From contig CAIQWB010000108.1 in NCBI GenBank assembly GCA_903875465.1, forward strand, positions 1,725 to 65,724: a DNA stretch of 64,000 bases, read 5' to 3'. The notes beneath the pieces were generated by a model. It was not told the origin of the DNA and ran no database searches. It saw only the letters and a list, made by a program, of their open reading frames with translations. A program made the translations under genes and the position numbers. Shown in pieces: positions 9,993-16,919 of this stretch. Source of the stretch: an uncultured Verrucomicrobia subdivision 3 bacterium. GTDB lineage: Bacteria; Verrucomicrobiota; Verrucomicrobiia; Limisphaerales; UBA11358. How positions within the stretch are numbered: position 1 is the first letter of the stretch; the number at the start of each line of letters is the position of its first letter.

Positions 9993-11096
9993 ATGTCCCT
10001 TGCCGCAGCAGCGCCTAAAATCATGGTGGTGGATGACACGGTGGCCAATCTGAAATTGCTTGAGGAAATATTGGGCAAAGAGGGCTATGCGGTGCGCACC
10101 TTTCCCCTGGGCCGGCTGGCCCTTGCCGCGGCTGCCCAAGAATTGCCGGATTTGATCCTGCTGGATATTCAAATGCCGGAAATGGATGGTTTTGCCGTCT
10201 GTGAGCGATTTAAAGCCAACCCGGTTACTGCCTCCATTCCCATCGTTTTCATTAGCGGCCAACAGGATACCGCGGATAAAGTGCGGGCGTTTACCCTGGG
10301 CGGGGTGGATTACGTCACGAAGCCGTTCCACTTTGGCGAAGTGCTGGTCCGGGTGCGCACCCATCTGGAATTGCGCCGGCAGAAACTGGCCTTGCAGGCG
10401 AGCTACGAGCGCTTGCAGGAGGTGGAGCAGTTGCGGGACAGCCTGGCGCACATGGTGGTGCATGACATGCGCTCGCCGCTGTTTGCCGTTATGATGTCCC
10501 TGGAACTGGTGCAAATGAACGTGGCCCAACCGACACCCAAAGTGACCAAGTATTTGGACATGGCCGTCGGGAATGTCAACAAGCTGACCGAAATGGTCAA
10601 TCAGTTGCTCGATATCAGCCGGCTCGAAGCCGGTCGCATGCCCATGAACAAGGCCCGGGGCGATCTGGTGACCACGGCCCAGGCCGTGGTGGAGGCCTGC
10701 CAGACCCTGGCGGCGGATCGGCGCATTGAGCTGGTCGCTCCGGAACCGGTTTTGGCTAATTATGACAAGGACCTGGTTGGGCGGATTCTCACCAACCTGG
10801 TCGGCAATGCGTTGAAATTCACCCCGGTGGAGGAGGAGGTCAGGATTACGGTAAGCCGGGTTGGGAGTTCGGCCCGGTTCGCCGTTACGGACCAGGGCCC
10901 CGGAATACCGGCGGAATACCGGGAAAAAATCTTCGAGAAATACACTCAATTGGAGGGGGAAAAACGCAAATATGGCACCGGTCTGGGGCTGACCTTTTGC
11001 AAACTTGCAGTGGCGGCGCATGAGGGGGAAATCGGGGTGGAGAGCATCCCTGAACAGAGCAATACTTTTTGGTTCAGCCTGCCGATAAAGGACTGA
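9993..11096 (+). CDS. hybrid response regulator / histidine kinase (REC-HisKA-HATPase_c)
   Basis: 367 aa. REC domain (IMVVDDTVANL...DLILLDIQMPEMDG...KPF), DHp His box (VVHDMRSPL), and ATPase G-boxes (DQGPGIP, GTGLGLTFCK). Confidence 0.9.
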   Translation: MSLAAAAPKIMVVDDTVANLKLLEEILGKEGYAVRTFPLGRLALAAAAQELPDLILLDIQMPEMDGFAVCERFKANPVTASIPIVFISGQQDTADKVRAFTLGGVDYVTKPFHFGEVLVRVRTHLELRRQKLALQASYERLQEVEQLRDSLAHMVVHDMRSPLFAVMMSLELVQMNVAQPTPKVTKYLDMAVGNVNKLTEMVNQLLDISRLEAGRMPMNKARGDLVTTAQAVVEACQTLAADRRIELVAPEPVLANYDKDLVGRILTNLVGNALKFTPVEEEVRITVSRVGSSARFAVTDQGPGIPAEYREKIFEKYTQLEGEKRKYGTGLGLTFCKLAVAAHEGEIGVESIPEQSNTFWFSLPIKD

Positions 11097-11201
11097 GCCA
11101 TCGGCGGGTAGTTCAAGCGCGGCCCGGTAGATTTAAGTCATTTTCCGATAAATGGTTGGGTGGTCATGGTGGTTCGTGTTAAGCTGGTTTCGGGCCGAGC
11201 C

Positions 11202-11792
11202 ATGACCACTGCCAACAAAATCACCATCCTGCGCATCCTGCTGGTGCCCTTTTTCGTGGTTGAATTGCTTTATTACCTGCGCACCGGTCATGAATCGCAC
11301 CGGCTGGCGGCCCTAACTTGTTTTGGCGTGGCAGCCGCTTTGGACGGGGTGGATGGTTATGTGGCCCGGCGTTTTAATCAAAAAAGTGAACTGGGCGCCA
11401 TATTGGATCCCCTGGCAGACAAGTTACTCTTGGTTTCCGCCGTGGTCACCCTCAGTTGGAGCCATTCTGTCTGGCTGGGCCAAATTCCCTTATGGCTCAC
11501 CGGGACCATCCTGGGCCGGGATGTGTTGATTTTGCTGGGCCTCATGGTGGTTCGGTGCACCACCGGCAAGGTGGTGGTGCGTCCGCGCCTGATGGGCAAG
11601 TGTGCCACGGTTTTGCAAATGACCGTGGTGATTTGGGTGCTGTTGCGATGGGACCGGGGCCGGGGCGGTCCCTGGCTGGCTGGCTGGTGTCTCAGCGCGG
11701 CGATTTGCACCGCGTGCTCGGGCATGCTATATCTGTGGGACGGCATGCGGCAATTCAGCGCGCATCCGGTGAGTGCAGCGATTAATAAATAA
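11202..11792 (+). CDS. pgsA: CDP-alcohol phosphatidyltransferase (PgsA-like)
   Basis: Motif DGVDGYVARRFNQKSELGAILDPLADK, which fits D(x)2DG(x)2AR...G(x)3D(x)3D. Start taken at the ATG giving MTTANKITILRILLVPFF. The ORF track allows a GTG at 11160. Confidence 0.8.
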   Translation: MTTANKITILRILLVPFFVVELLYYLRTGHESHRLAALTCFGVAAALDGVDGYVARRFNQKSELGAILDPLADKLLLVSAVVTLSWSHSVWLGQIPLWLTGTILGRDVLILLGLMVVRCTTGKVVVRPRLMGKCATVLQMTVVIWVLLRWDRGRGGPWLAGWCLSAAICTACSGMLYLWDGMRQFSAHPVSAAINK

Positions 11793-11795
11793 CTT

Positions 11796-12269
11796 ATGCC
11801 CAAAGAATTGACTCTTAAGCTACAAGTCGGCGATGTGGCCCCGGCCTTTACCGTGGCCACCAGTGGTGGTGGCAAAATCTCCCTGGCCGATTACCTCGGT
11901 AAAAATGTCATCCTATATTTTTATCCCAAGGACGACACGCCCGGGTGTACCAAGGAGGCCTGTGCGTTTCGGGATGGCTTCGCCGACTTCAAAAAGCGGG
12001 GCGCGGTTGTTCTGGGGGTCAGCACCGATCCGGTTAAGGCCCACGACAAATTCGTGGAGAAATTCAAGCTGCCCTTCCTGCTCCTGGCGGACGAGGACAA
12101 AAAGATTGTGGAAGCCTACGGCGTGTGGGGCGAAAAAGTGTTCATGGGCAAGAAATACCTGGGCACCCACCGGGTAACTTTCTTGATTGGACCCGATGGC
12201 AAAATCAAGCAGATCTGGCCGAAGGTAAAGCCCGAGGAGCATGCGGCCGAAGTGCTGGAGGCGTTGTAA
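11796..12269 (+). CDS. bcp: thioredoxin-dependent peroxiredoxin (Bcp/PrxQ)
   Basis: 157 aa with FYPKDDTPGCTKEACAFRD, which contains the peroxidatic Cys motif. Confidence 0.9.
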   Translation: MPKELTLKLQVGDVAPAFTVATSGGGKISLADYLGKNVILYFYPKDDTPGCTKEACAFRDGFADFKKRGAVVLGVSTDPVKAHDKFVEKFKLPFLLLADEDKKIVEAYGVWGEKVFMGKKYLGTHRVTFLIGPDGKIKQIWPKVKPEEHAAEVLEAL

Positions 12270-12288
12270 GGATACGCTGCGGAAAAAG

Positions 12289-12363
<75 letters not shown>

Positions 12364-12376
12364 TACCGGGTAGTGA

Positions 12377-12404
12377 ATGATAGCCCAGCCCGGTTCCGGG
12401 GCAA
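12377..12404 (-). promoter_or_regulatory. candidate sigma70 promoter of tRNA-Thr(CGU)
   Basis: Minus strand reads TTGCCC-N16-TATCAT. The -10 element ends 13 nt upstream of the tRNA 5' end. Confidence 0.45.
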
Positions 12405-12491
12405 GTTTATTTCGGCCCCAGTTGACGAAAACTTTGGCCAAACCCGGCTGACGGGGCTGGACAGGCCTTGACAGAAGCCCGGGTTATAATG

Positions 12492-12529
12492 TCGCAAGTT
12501 GTTAAAAAATAACAGCTTGCGATTTTTTT
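12492..12529 (+). terminator. canonical Rho-independent terminator (plus-strand orientation), no obvious upstream plus-strand gene
   Basis: TCGCAAGTTGTTA-aaaaa-TAACAGCTTGCGA, a 13-bp stem with 1 mismatch, followed by T7. On the minus strand the 3' tail is only CAUUAUAA. Confidence 0.6.
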
Positions 12530-12611
12530 ATGCCTGCTGGAAAGGGGGGACGCGGTTTGAAGAGGAGCGGGATGCACTGGAAGGAAGGTTGCGGGGGAGG
12601 GTTAGGGCTCT

Positions 12612-12860
12612 GGGCGCTGGGGGGGAGACATATTTTCAAGCGTAATTCAGTGCAATTTACCGTAATTCACCCCGGTTCACTTCACGGTGGTCTCCCAAGC
12701 TCGAAGGTCCCGACTGGCGGACGGGCGATGTCAAAGAACTTGCCAGGGTTTTCGATTTCCCAACCCACAAGCGAATCGGTCCCGTTTGTATGAGCCAGTT
12801 TTGGCAGGCCAAAGGGCCAAACTCTCTTAGATTAGCATCGTTTGATGAGTTGTCAAATGG
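12612..12860 (-). ncRNA. candidate small RNA gene / conserved noncoding element, copy A (paralogue at 51171..51361)
   Basis: Three boxes are shared with copy B. (1) GGGCGCTGGG at 12612..12621. (2) TGCAATTTACCGTAATTCACC at 12651..12671. (3) AGATTAGCATCGTTTGATGAGTTGTCAAATGG at 12829..12860. Read on the minus strand, box 3 is TTGACA-N16-TAATCT, a sigma70-type promoter pointing toward boxes 2 and 1. No plausible ORF. Strand and transcript ends are inferred. Confidence 0.4.
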
Positions 12861-12897
12861 TGCTTTGGAAGCGGCAGTGGAGGGTCCAGGGGAAGGC

Positions 12898-13356
12898 TTA
12901 TTGGTCCGGGCTGGCCATGCGCCGTTGCAATTCCCCGGGGGAGACGTCCTCCACATGGGTGGCCACGTTCCACAGGTGGCCAAAGGGATCCACCAGCAAG
13001 CCGGAGCGGTCGCCGTAAAATTGGTTGGTTAGGGGCCGGATTTCCCTGGCCCCGGCGGCCAGGGCGCGGGCGAACACGGCATCGGCATCGCTTACGTAAA
13101 GGTGAAAACTCACGGGGTTGCCGCCGCTGGCGGACGGACTTTTGGCGGCGGAGTCGGGGCACTCGTCGGCCAGCATGAGAATGGAACCGCCGATTTCGAT
13201 CTCGGCATGGGCTATGAGGCCATCCGCGTGGGGCAGTCGCATTTTTTCCACGGCGCCGAAGACTGTTTGATAGAATGCAATCGCCGCCGCCGCGCCGCGC
13301 ACGATCAGGTAGGGGGTGACACTGGCATAACCGGCGGGAATGGGGTGAACGCTCAT
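12898..13356 (-). CDS. VOC family protein (PhnB/glyoxalase-like)
   Basis: Shows YLIVRGAAAAIAFYQTVFGA...HAEIEIGGSILMLADE...FYGDRSGLLVDPFGHLWNV, typical of PhnB-like VOC proteins. Start taken at MSVHPIP. The ORF track gives 13368. Confidence 0.8.
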   Translation of the reverse strand: MSVHPIPAGYASVTPYLIVRGAAAAIAFYQTVFGAVEKMRLPHADGLIAHAEIEIGGSILMLADECPDSAAKSPSASGGNPVSFHLYVSDADAVFARALAAGAREIRPLTNQFYGDRSGLLVDPFGHLWNVATHVEDVSPGELQRRMASPDQ

Positions 13357-13524
13357 GCAATTAAACAATTTAAAAGCGGGGTTATGCTAACGGTTGGTGA
13401 AGCGAATGCAAGCGTGGTGTGGCGGGCTGATAATACCGGGAGGGCGGTGCGCGAACCCGCAACCGAGGACGACTGCGCTGGGGCTCAGGGCGCGTCCGGG
13501 CGATGGAAAACCCAATGCCGGTTC

Positions 13525-13552
13525 TTGCCAAGTCTGATGGCTCTGGCATAAT
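13525..13552 (+). promoter_or_regulatory. candidate sigma70 promoter of tRNA-Thr(UGU)
   Basis: TTGCCA-N16-CATAAT, about 60 nt upstream of the tRNA 5' end. Confidence 0.5.
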
Positions 13553-13611
13553 TCATGGCTCCTAGAGGCATGGTTCGCCATGCAACCTTGGGAAGCAAGG
13601 GTGGGATGCAC

Positions 13612-13683
13612 GCCAGTTTAGCTCAGTGGTAGAGCAACGGTTTTGTAAACCGTCGGTCGTCGGTTCGACTCCGACAACTGGCT
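13612..13683 (+). tRNA. tRNA-Thr (anticodon UGU), CCA not encoded
   Basis: Hand-folded cloverleaf: GCCAGTT/TA/GCTC-AGTGGTA-GAGC/A/ACGGT-TTTGTAA-ACCGT/CGGTC/GTCGG-TTCGACT-CCGAC/AACTGGC/T, followed by CCC. Confidence 0.9.
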
Positions 13684-13743
13684 CCCGCCGTCGCGCTGCG
13701 CGCTATGGCGGGCAGGCCCGCTTTCGGAATTGGGAAGAGTTTA

Positions 13744-13763
13744 GGCTGGCAGGCCAGCCTTTT
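13744..13763 (+). terminator. short hairpin plus T-run downstream of tRNA-Thr(UGU)
   Basis: GGCTGGC-ag-GCCAGCC followed by TTTT. Confidence 0.4.
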
Positions 13764-13781
13764 AAGCAAGGGAAGGGGACT

Positions 13782-14030
13782 GTGACGAGCTTTCATTACG
13801 TTTACATTCTGCAGTCACTATCGAAACCAGATCAGGTTTATACGGGCAGGACGGAGGACTTGAAAAGGCGGCTGGCGGAGCATAATGCGGGAAGGGTGCC
13901 GCATACTTCCAAATTTGTTCCCTGGGAAATTCGGGCGGCTACAGCGTTCAAGGATCTTGAAAAGGCAGTCGCCTTTGAATATTACCTCAAAAGCGGGTCA
14001 GGCCGGGCGTTTCTGCGCCGGCATTTTTGA
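13782..14030 (+). CDS. small GIY-YIG nuclease-superfamily protein
   Basis: GTG start preceded by GGAAGGGGA. Shows FHYVYILQSLSKPDQVYTGRTEDLKRRLAEHN (GIY-YIG motif) and a conserved E in AFEYYLK. The ORF-track start at 13626 lies inside the tRNA and is rejected. Confidence 0.75.
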   Translation: MTSFHYVYILQSLSKPDQVYTGRTEDLKRRLAEHNAGRVPHTSKFVPWEIRAATAFKDLEKAVAFEYYLKSGSGRAFLRRHF

Positions 14031-14341
14031 AAGGGATTCGGCAGGCTGGGACGTCTTTGGAATGGGGATGGATTAAGGCTCGCAAACCGTTCGCCCATGG
14101 TCCTGGCCGCTGCTTCGCGCAAAATCATAAAATAGCGTAAAACACCTTAAAATTAGCGGTTTTTTAAGGCGGTTCAGGGAAACCCCTCATGGACGTGAGC
14201 AAGAGCGGGTTTGGCCGTTCTCGTCGGCAAGCCCAGAGCCGGCCAAATTGGAGGCATAGCACACACCCTTTTTCGATGCATTACTGGGTTAAATGCCACA
14301 TCCCCAAGGCCTTTTCGCGTCCGGCGCGGCCGCTTTCCCAC

Positions 14342-14388
14342 TGCGCAAAAACATTACAAACATTTCGCCAGTGCGCAGAAGTTGCGCA
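14342..14388. promoter_or_regulatory. cluster of palindromic TGCGCA hexamers (candidate enhancer/UAS for the sigma54 activator)
   Basis: TGCGCA at 14342..14347, 14372..14377 and 14383..14388. The last two are 11 bp apart. A degenerate CGCGCA lies at 14395..14400. The cluster sits 40-90 bp upstream of the sigma54-type promoter. Confidence 0.3.
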
Positions 14389-14428
14389 GTGTGCCGCGCA
14401 AAATGGGCAATTGGCGCGGGTTTGTGGT

Positions 14429-14444
14429 TGGCATGAACAATGCT
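14429..14444 (+). promoter_or_regulatory. sigma54 (-24/-12) type promoter
   Basis: TGGCATGAACAATGCT fits TGGCAYG-N4-TTGCW with correct GG-N10-GC spacing and one mismatch. It lies about 100 nt upstream of the ATG at 14546. A sigma54-dependent activator is encoded at 31009..32376. Confidence 0.5.
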
Positions 14445-14545
14445 TCGCCATAGGGCAGGGCGCGGTGGGTACGGAGTACCCCGGGGCGCTCGTAACTAAC
14501 ACGAGAACAACGAGAACACAGTCAACCTTAACCGGAGTTATTGCA

Positions 14546-15124
14546 ATGAAACTAAAGCAACTGGCAGTCGTGTGCGGCCTGGCCGTCGCACTTTTATTCA
14601 GTGTCAACACTGTTACCGCGCAGAACAATGGCGGCGGTGGTGGTGGTAATGGGGGCGGTGGCGGTTTTGGTGGCGGCGGCGGCGGCCGGGGTAATTTTGA
14701 CCCTGCCCAAATGATGCAGCGCATGATGGACAACATCAAGGAGCAGCTCGGCTTTACCAATGACACGGATTGGGACGCGGTGCAACCGCTCGTGCAGAAG
14801 GTCATGGAAGCCCGGCGGGATTCCGGTGGCGCCAATATGATGCGCATGTTTGGCCGCAATCGTGGTGGTCCGGGCGGCCAGGGTGGCCCGGGCGGTAATC
14901 GCCGGGGCGGCATGTTTGGAGGCGCCCCGAACCCGGATGCAGATGCGTTGCAAAAGGCCTTGGATGACAATGCGCCGGCGGCCCAGGTGAAAACCTTGCT
15001 GACCAAGTATCAAGATTCGCAAAAAGCCAAGCAGGCCAAGGCCAAGGAGGCGGAGGAAGCCTTGCGCCAGGTGCTGACCGCGAAGCAGGAGGCCCAGGCC
15101 ACGCTGCTCGGATTGCTGGAATAA
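14546..15124 (+). CDS. secreted Gly/Met-rich protein with helical C-terminal half (Spy/CpxP-like LTxxQ flavour); first gene of the T2SS operon
   Basis: Start taken at the internal Met of ORF 14189..15124, giving signal peptide MKLKQLAVVCGLAVALLFSVNTVTAQ. This is followed by NNGGGGGGNGGGGGFGGGGGGRG, Met-rich segments (QMMQRMM, NMMRMFG, GGMFGG), and a KQAKAKEAEEALRQVLTAKQEAQ tail. Confidence 0.65.
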   Translation: MKLKQLAVVCGLAVALLFSVNTVTAQNNGGGGGGNGGGGGFGGGGGGRGNFDPAQMMQRMMDNIKEQLGFTNDTDWDAVQPLVQKVMEARRDSGGANMMRMFGRNRGGPGGQGGPGGNRRGGMFGGAPNPDADALQKALDDNAPAAQVKTLLTKYQDSQKAKQAKAKEAEEALRQVLTAKQEAQATLLGLLE

Positions 15125-15157
15125 TCACGCGGTTGTGGCTGACCTCGTTACCTTGGT

Positions 15158-16909
15158 ATGAGCGAAAAACTCTCCCCGGAATTGGAAGCGTTGCTGGAAC
15201 GCATGGTGGCGTCCCGGCAGCTCTCGGCGCTGGATGCCGAGGCGGTGCGCCGTGATCGCTCCACGGTCCCAACCGAGGAGGGGGTGCTGCGCTGGCTGGC
15301 CCAGGAATATGGGCTGGCCTTTACCACGCTGGACGATGTCGAGCCGGACCGGCAGTTGCTCTCCCTGTTTCCCGCGCGCCTGCTGCTCAAGGAGGAGTTG
15401 CTCCCCTTGCAGCGGGTGAGCGGGACGGTGGAGGTGGCCACGAGCCGGCTGTTTGCCACGCAGGGCTTTGATGCCTTGAAGACGATGACCGGCCTCACGC
15501 TCAAGCCGGTGCTGGCGACCAGCGAGGTGATTCAGCGGGAAATTAAAAAGCGTCTCGGCGTGGGGGCGGACACCATTGACACCCTGGAGGAGGAAAAAGG
15601 GTTTGAGGTGGTGGATGAGAATGCCGAGGACACGAACCTGGACAACGCGGCCGAGGACGCCTCGATCATCCGCTTCGTCAACCAGGTGTTAAAAGACGCG
15701 ATTGAATTGCGCGCGTCGGACGTGCATCTGGAACCGTTCGAGGACGAGTTTCGCATTCGTTACCGGATTGACGGGGTGTTGCAGGATGTTTCGGTGCCGG
15801 CCCAATTGAAACGGTTTCAACCGGCGATTGTGTCGCGCGTCAAAATCCTGAGCCATTTGAATATTGCGGAGAAGCGTCTGCCGCAGGACGGGCGCATCAA
15901 GGTGCGCATTGAGGACGCGGAGGTGGACATTCGCGTTTCGATCATTCCCATGCTGCACGGCGAGGCGGTGGTCATGCGTTTGCTGCGCCAGAATTCCAAG
16001 CTTCGCGGGTTGCAGGACATTGGGATGGACAAGCGGGAGCTGGATTGTTTCCGCCGGGTGCTGCAACTGCCGCACGGCATTATTCTGGTGACGGGCCCCA
16101 CCGGCAGCGGCAAAACCTCGACGCTGTACACGGCGTTGAATGAGATCAACGATTCGGACCGGAAAATCATCACGATTGAAGACCCGGTGGAATACCAATT
16201 GAAAGGGGTCAACCAGATTCAAGTTTCGGAAAAAGCCGGGCTGACGTTTGCGCGCGGTTTGCGCTCGATTCTGCGTCATGATCCAGATGTGATTCTCATT
16301 GGCGAAATTCGCGATGCGGAAACGGCGCAGATTGCCGTGCAGGCCTCCCTGACGGGGCATTTGGTTTTCTCGACGCTGCACACGAATGATGCGCCCGGGG
16401 CGCTGACGCGTTTGGTGGACATGGGCGTGGAACCTTATTTAGTGGCCTCCTCCCTGGAAGCGGTGCTGGCCCAACGGCTGGTGCGGGTGCTGTGCAAGAG
16501 CTGTAAAATTCCGGATGATTCCACGACCGCGCAAGCCTTCAAGGTGCGCCTGGGGATTCCGGCGAATGCGACGATTTACCAAGCGGTGGGCTGTCGCGAA
16601 TGCCGCAACACGGGTTTTACCGGCCGCCACGCCATTTTCGAGTGGATGGATGCGGACGCGGAAATTCGCAAACTGATTTTAACCAATGCCTCTTCGGATC
16701 AAATTCGCGAGGCGGCGCGCCGCAATGGCATGCGTTCGCTGGCGGACGACGGCTGGCGGTTGGTACGCCAGGGCATCACCACGGTGGAGGAAGTTCTGAG
16801 TGTGACCACGGCGAAGGAAGTGGAGCGGTCCAACCAAAACCTGGAAGCCGCGCCGGGCGGGGCCGCCACCGCGCTGCCCACGGCGGCGATTGCGGTCAGC
16901 CGCGCCTGA
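15158..16909 (+). CDS. gspE: type II secretion ATPase GspE
   Basis: 583 aa. T2SSE N-terminal domain, Walker A GPTGSGKTST, Asp/His boxes, and the tetracysteine motif CKSC...CRECRNTG. Confidence 0.9.
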   Translation: MSEKLSPELEALLERMVASRQLSALDAEAVRRDRSTVPTEEGVLRWLAQEYGLAFTTLDDVEPDRQLLSLFPARLLLKEELLPLQRVSGTVEVATSRLFATQGFDALKTMTGLTLKPVLATSEVIQREIKKRLGVGADTIDTLEEEKGFEVVDENAEDTNLDNAAEDASIIRFVNQVLKDAIELRASDVHLEPFEDEFRIRYRIDGVLQDVSVPAQLKRFQPAIVSRVKILSHLNIAEKRLPQDGRIKVRIEDAEVDIRVSIIPMLHGEAVVMRLLRQNSKLRGLQDIGMDKRELDCFRRVLQLPHGIILVTGPTGSGKTSTLYTALNEINDSDRKIITIEDPVEYQLKGVNQIQVSEKAGLTFARGLRSILRHDPDVILIGEIRDAETAQIAVQASLTGHLVFSTLHTNDAPGALTRLVDMGVEPYLVASSLEAVLAQRLVRVLCKSCKIPDDSTTAQAFKVRLGIPANATIYQAVGCRECRNTGFTGRHAIFEWMDADAEIRKLILTNASSDQIREAARRNGMRSLADDGWRLVRQGITTVEEVLSVTTAKEVERSNQNLEAAPGGAATALPTAAIAVSRA

Positions 16910-16919
16910 ACCTGCTGTC

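Noticed and set aside
9846-11021. Long antisense ORFs opposite well-supported genes. Examples: 9846..11021(-) 391 aa, 27020..28564(-) 514 aa, 55727..57316(+) 529 aa, 60452..62251(+) 599 aa, 48525..49748(-) 407 aa, 17301..18152(-) 283 aa and 38521..39282(-) 253 aa.
   Set aside because: Their translations are Arg/Gly/Pro/His-rich low-complexity sequence without recognisable motifs. The opposite strand encodes proteins with clear family signatures. Long stop-free antisense frames are expected in GC-rich DNA.
12468-12490. Perfect TTGACA and TATAAT hexamers on the plus strand just upstream of the orphan terminator.
   Set aside because: The spacer is only 11 bp, which is incompatible with sigma70 recognition. 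A transcript from here would consist of little more than the terminator hairpin.
13626-13781. ORF-track start of the GIY-YIG ORF inside tRNA-Thr(UGU), and the similar N-terminal extension 6884..7177 of the PduO-type gene inside the amidase gene.
   Set aside because: The extensions overlap an RNA gene or a well-supported CDS and lack homology-like sequence. Downstream starts with an RBS or a stop/start overlap fit better.
14189-14545. N-terminal 119-codon extension of the Gly/Met-rich protein ORF.
   Set aside because: The extension is rich in Arg/Cys/His, has no signal peptide, and overlaps the sigma54-type promoter and the TGCGCA repeats. The internal Met at 14546 gives a perfect signal peptide.
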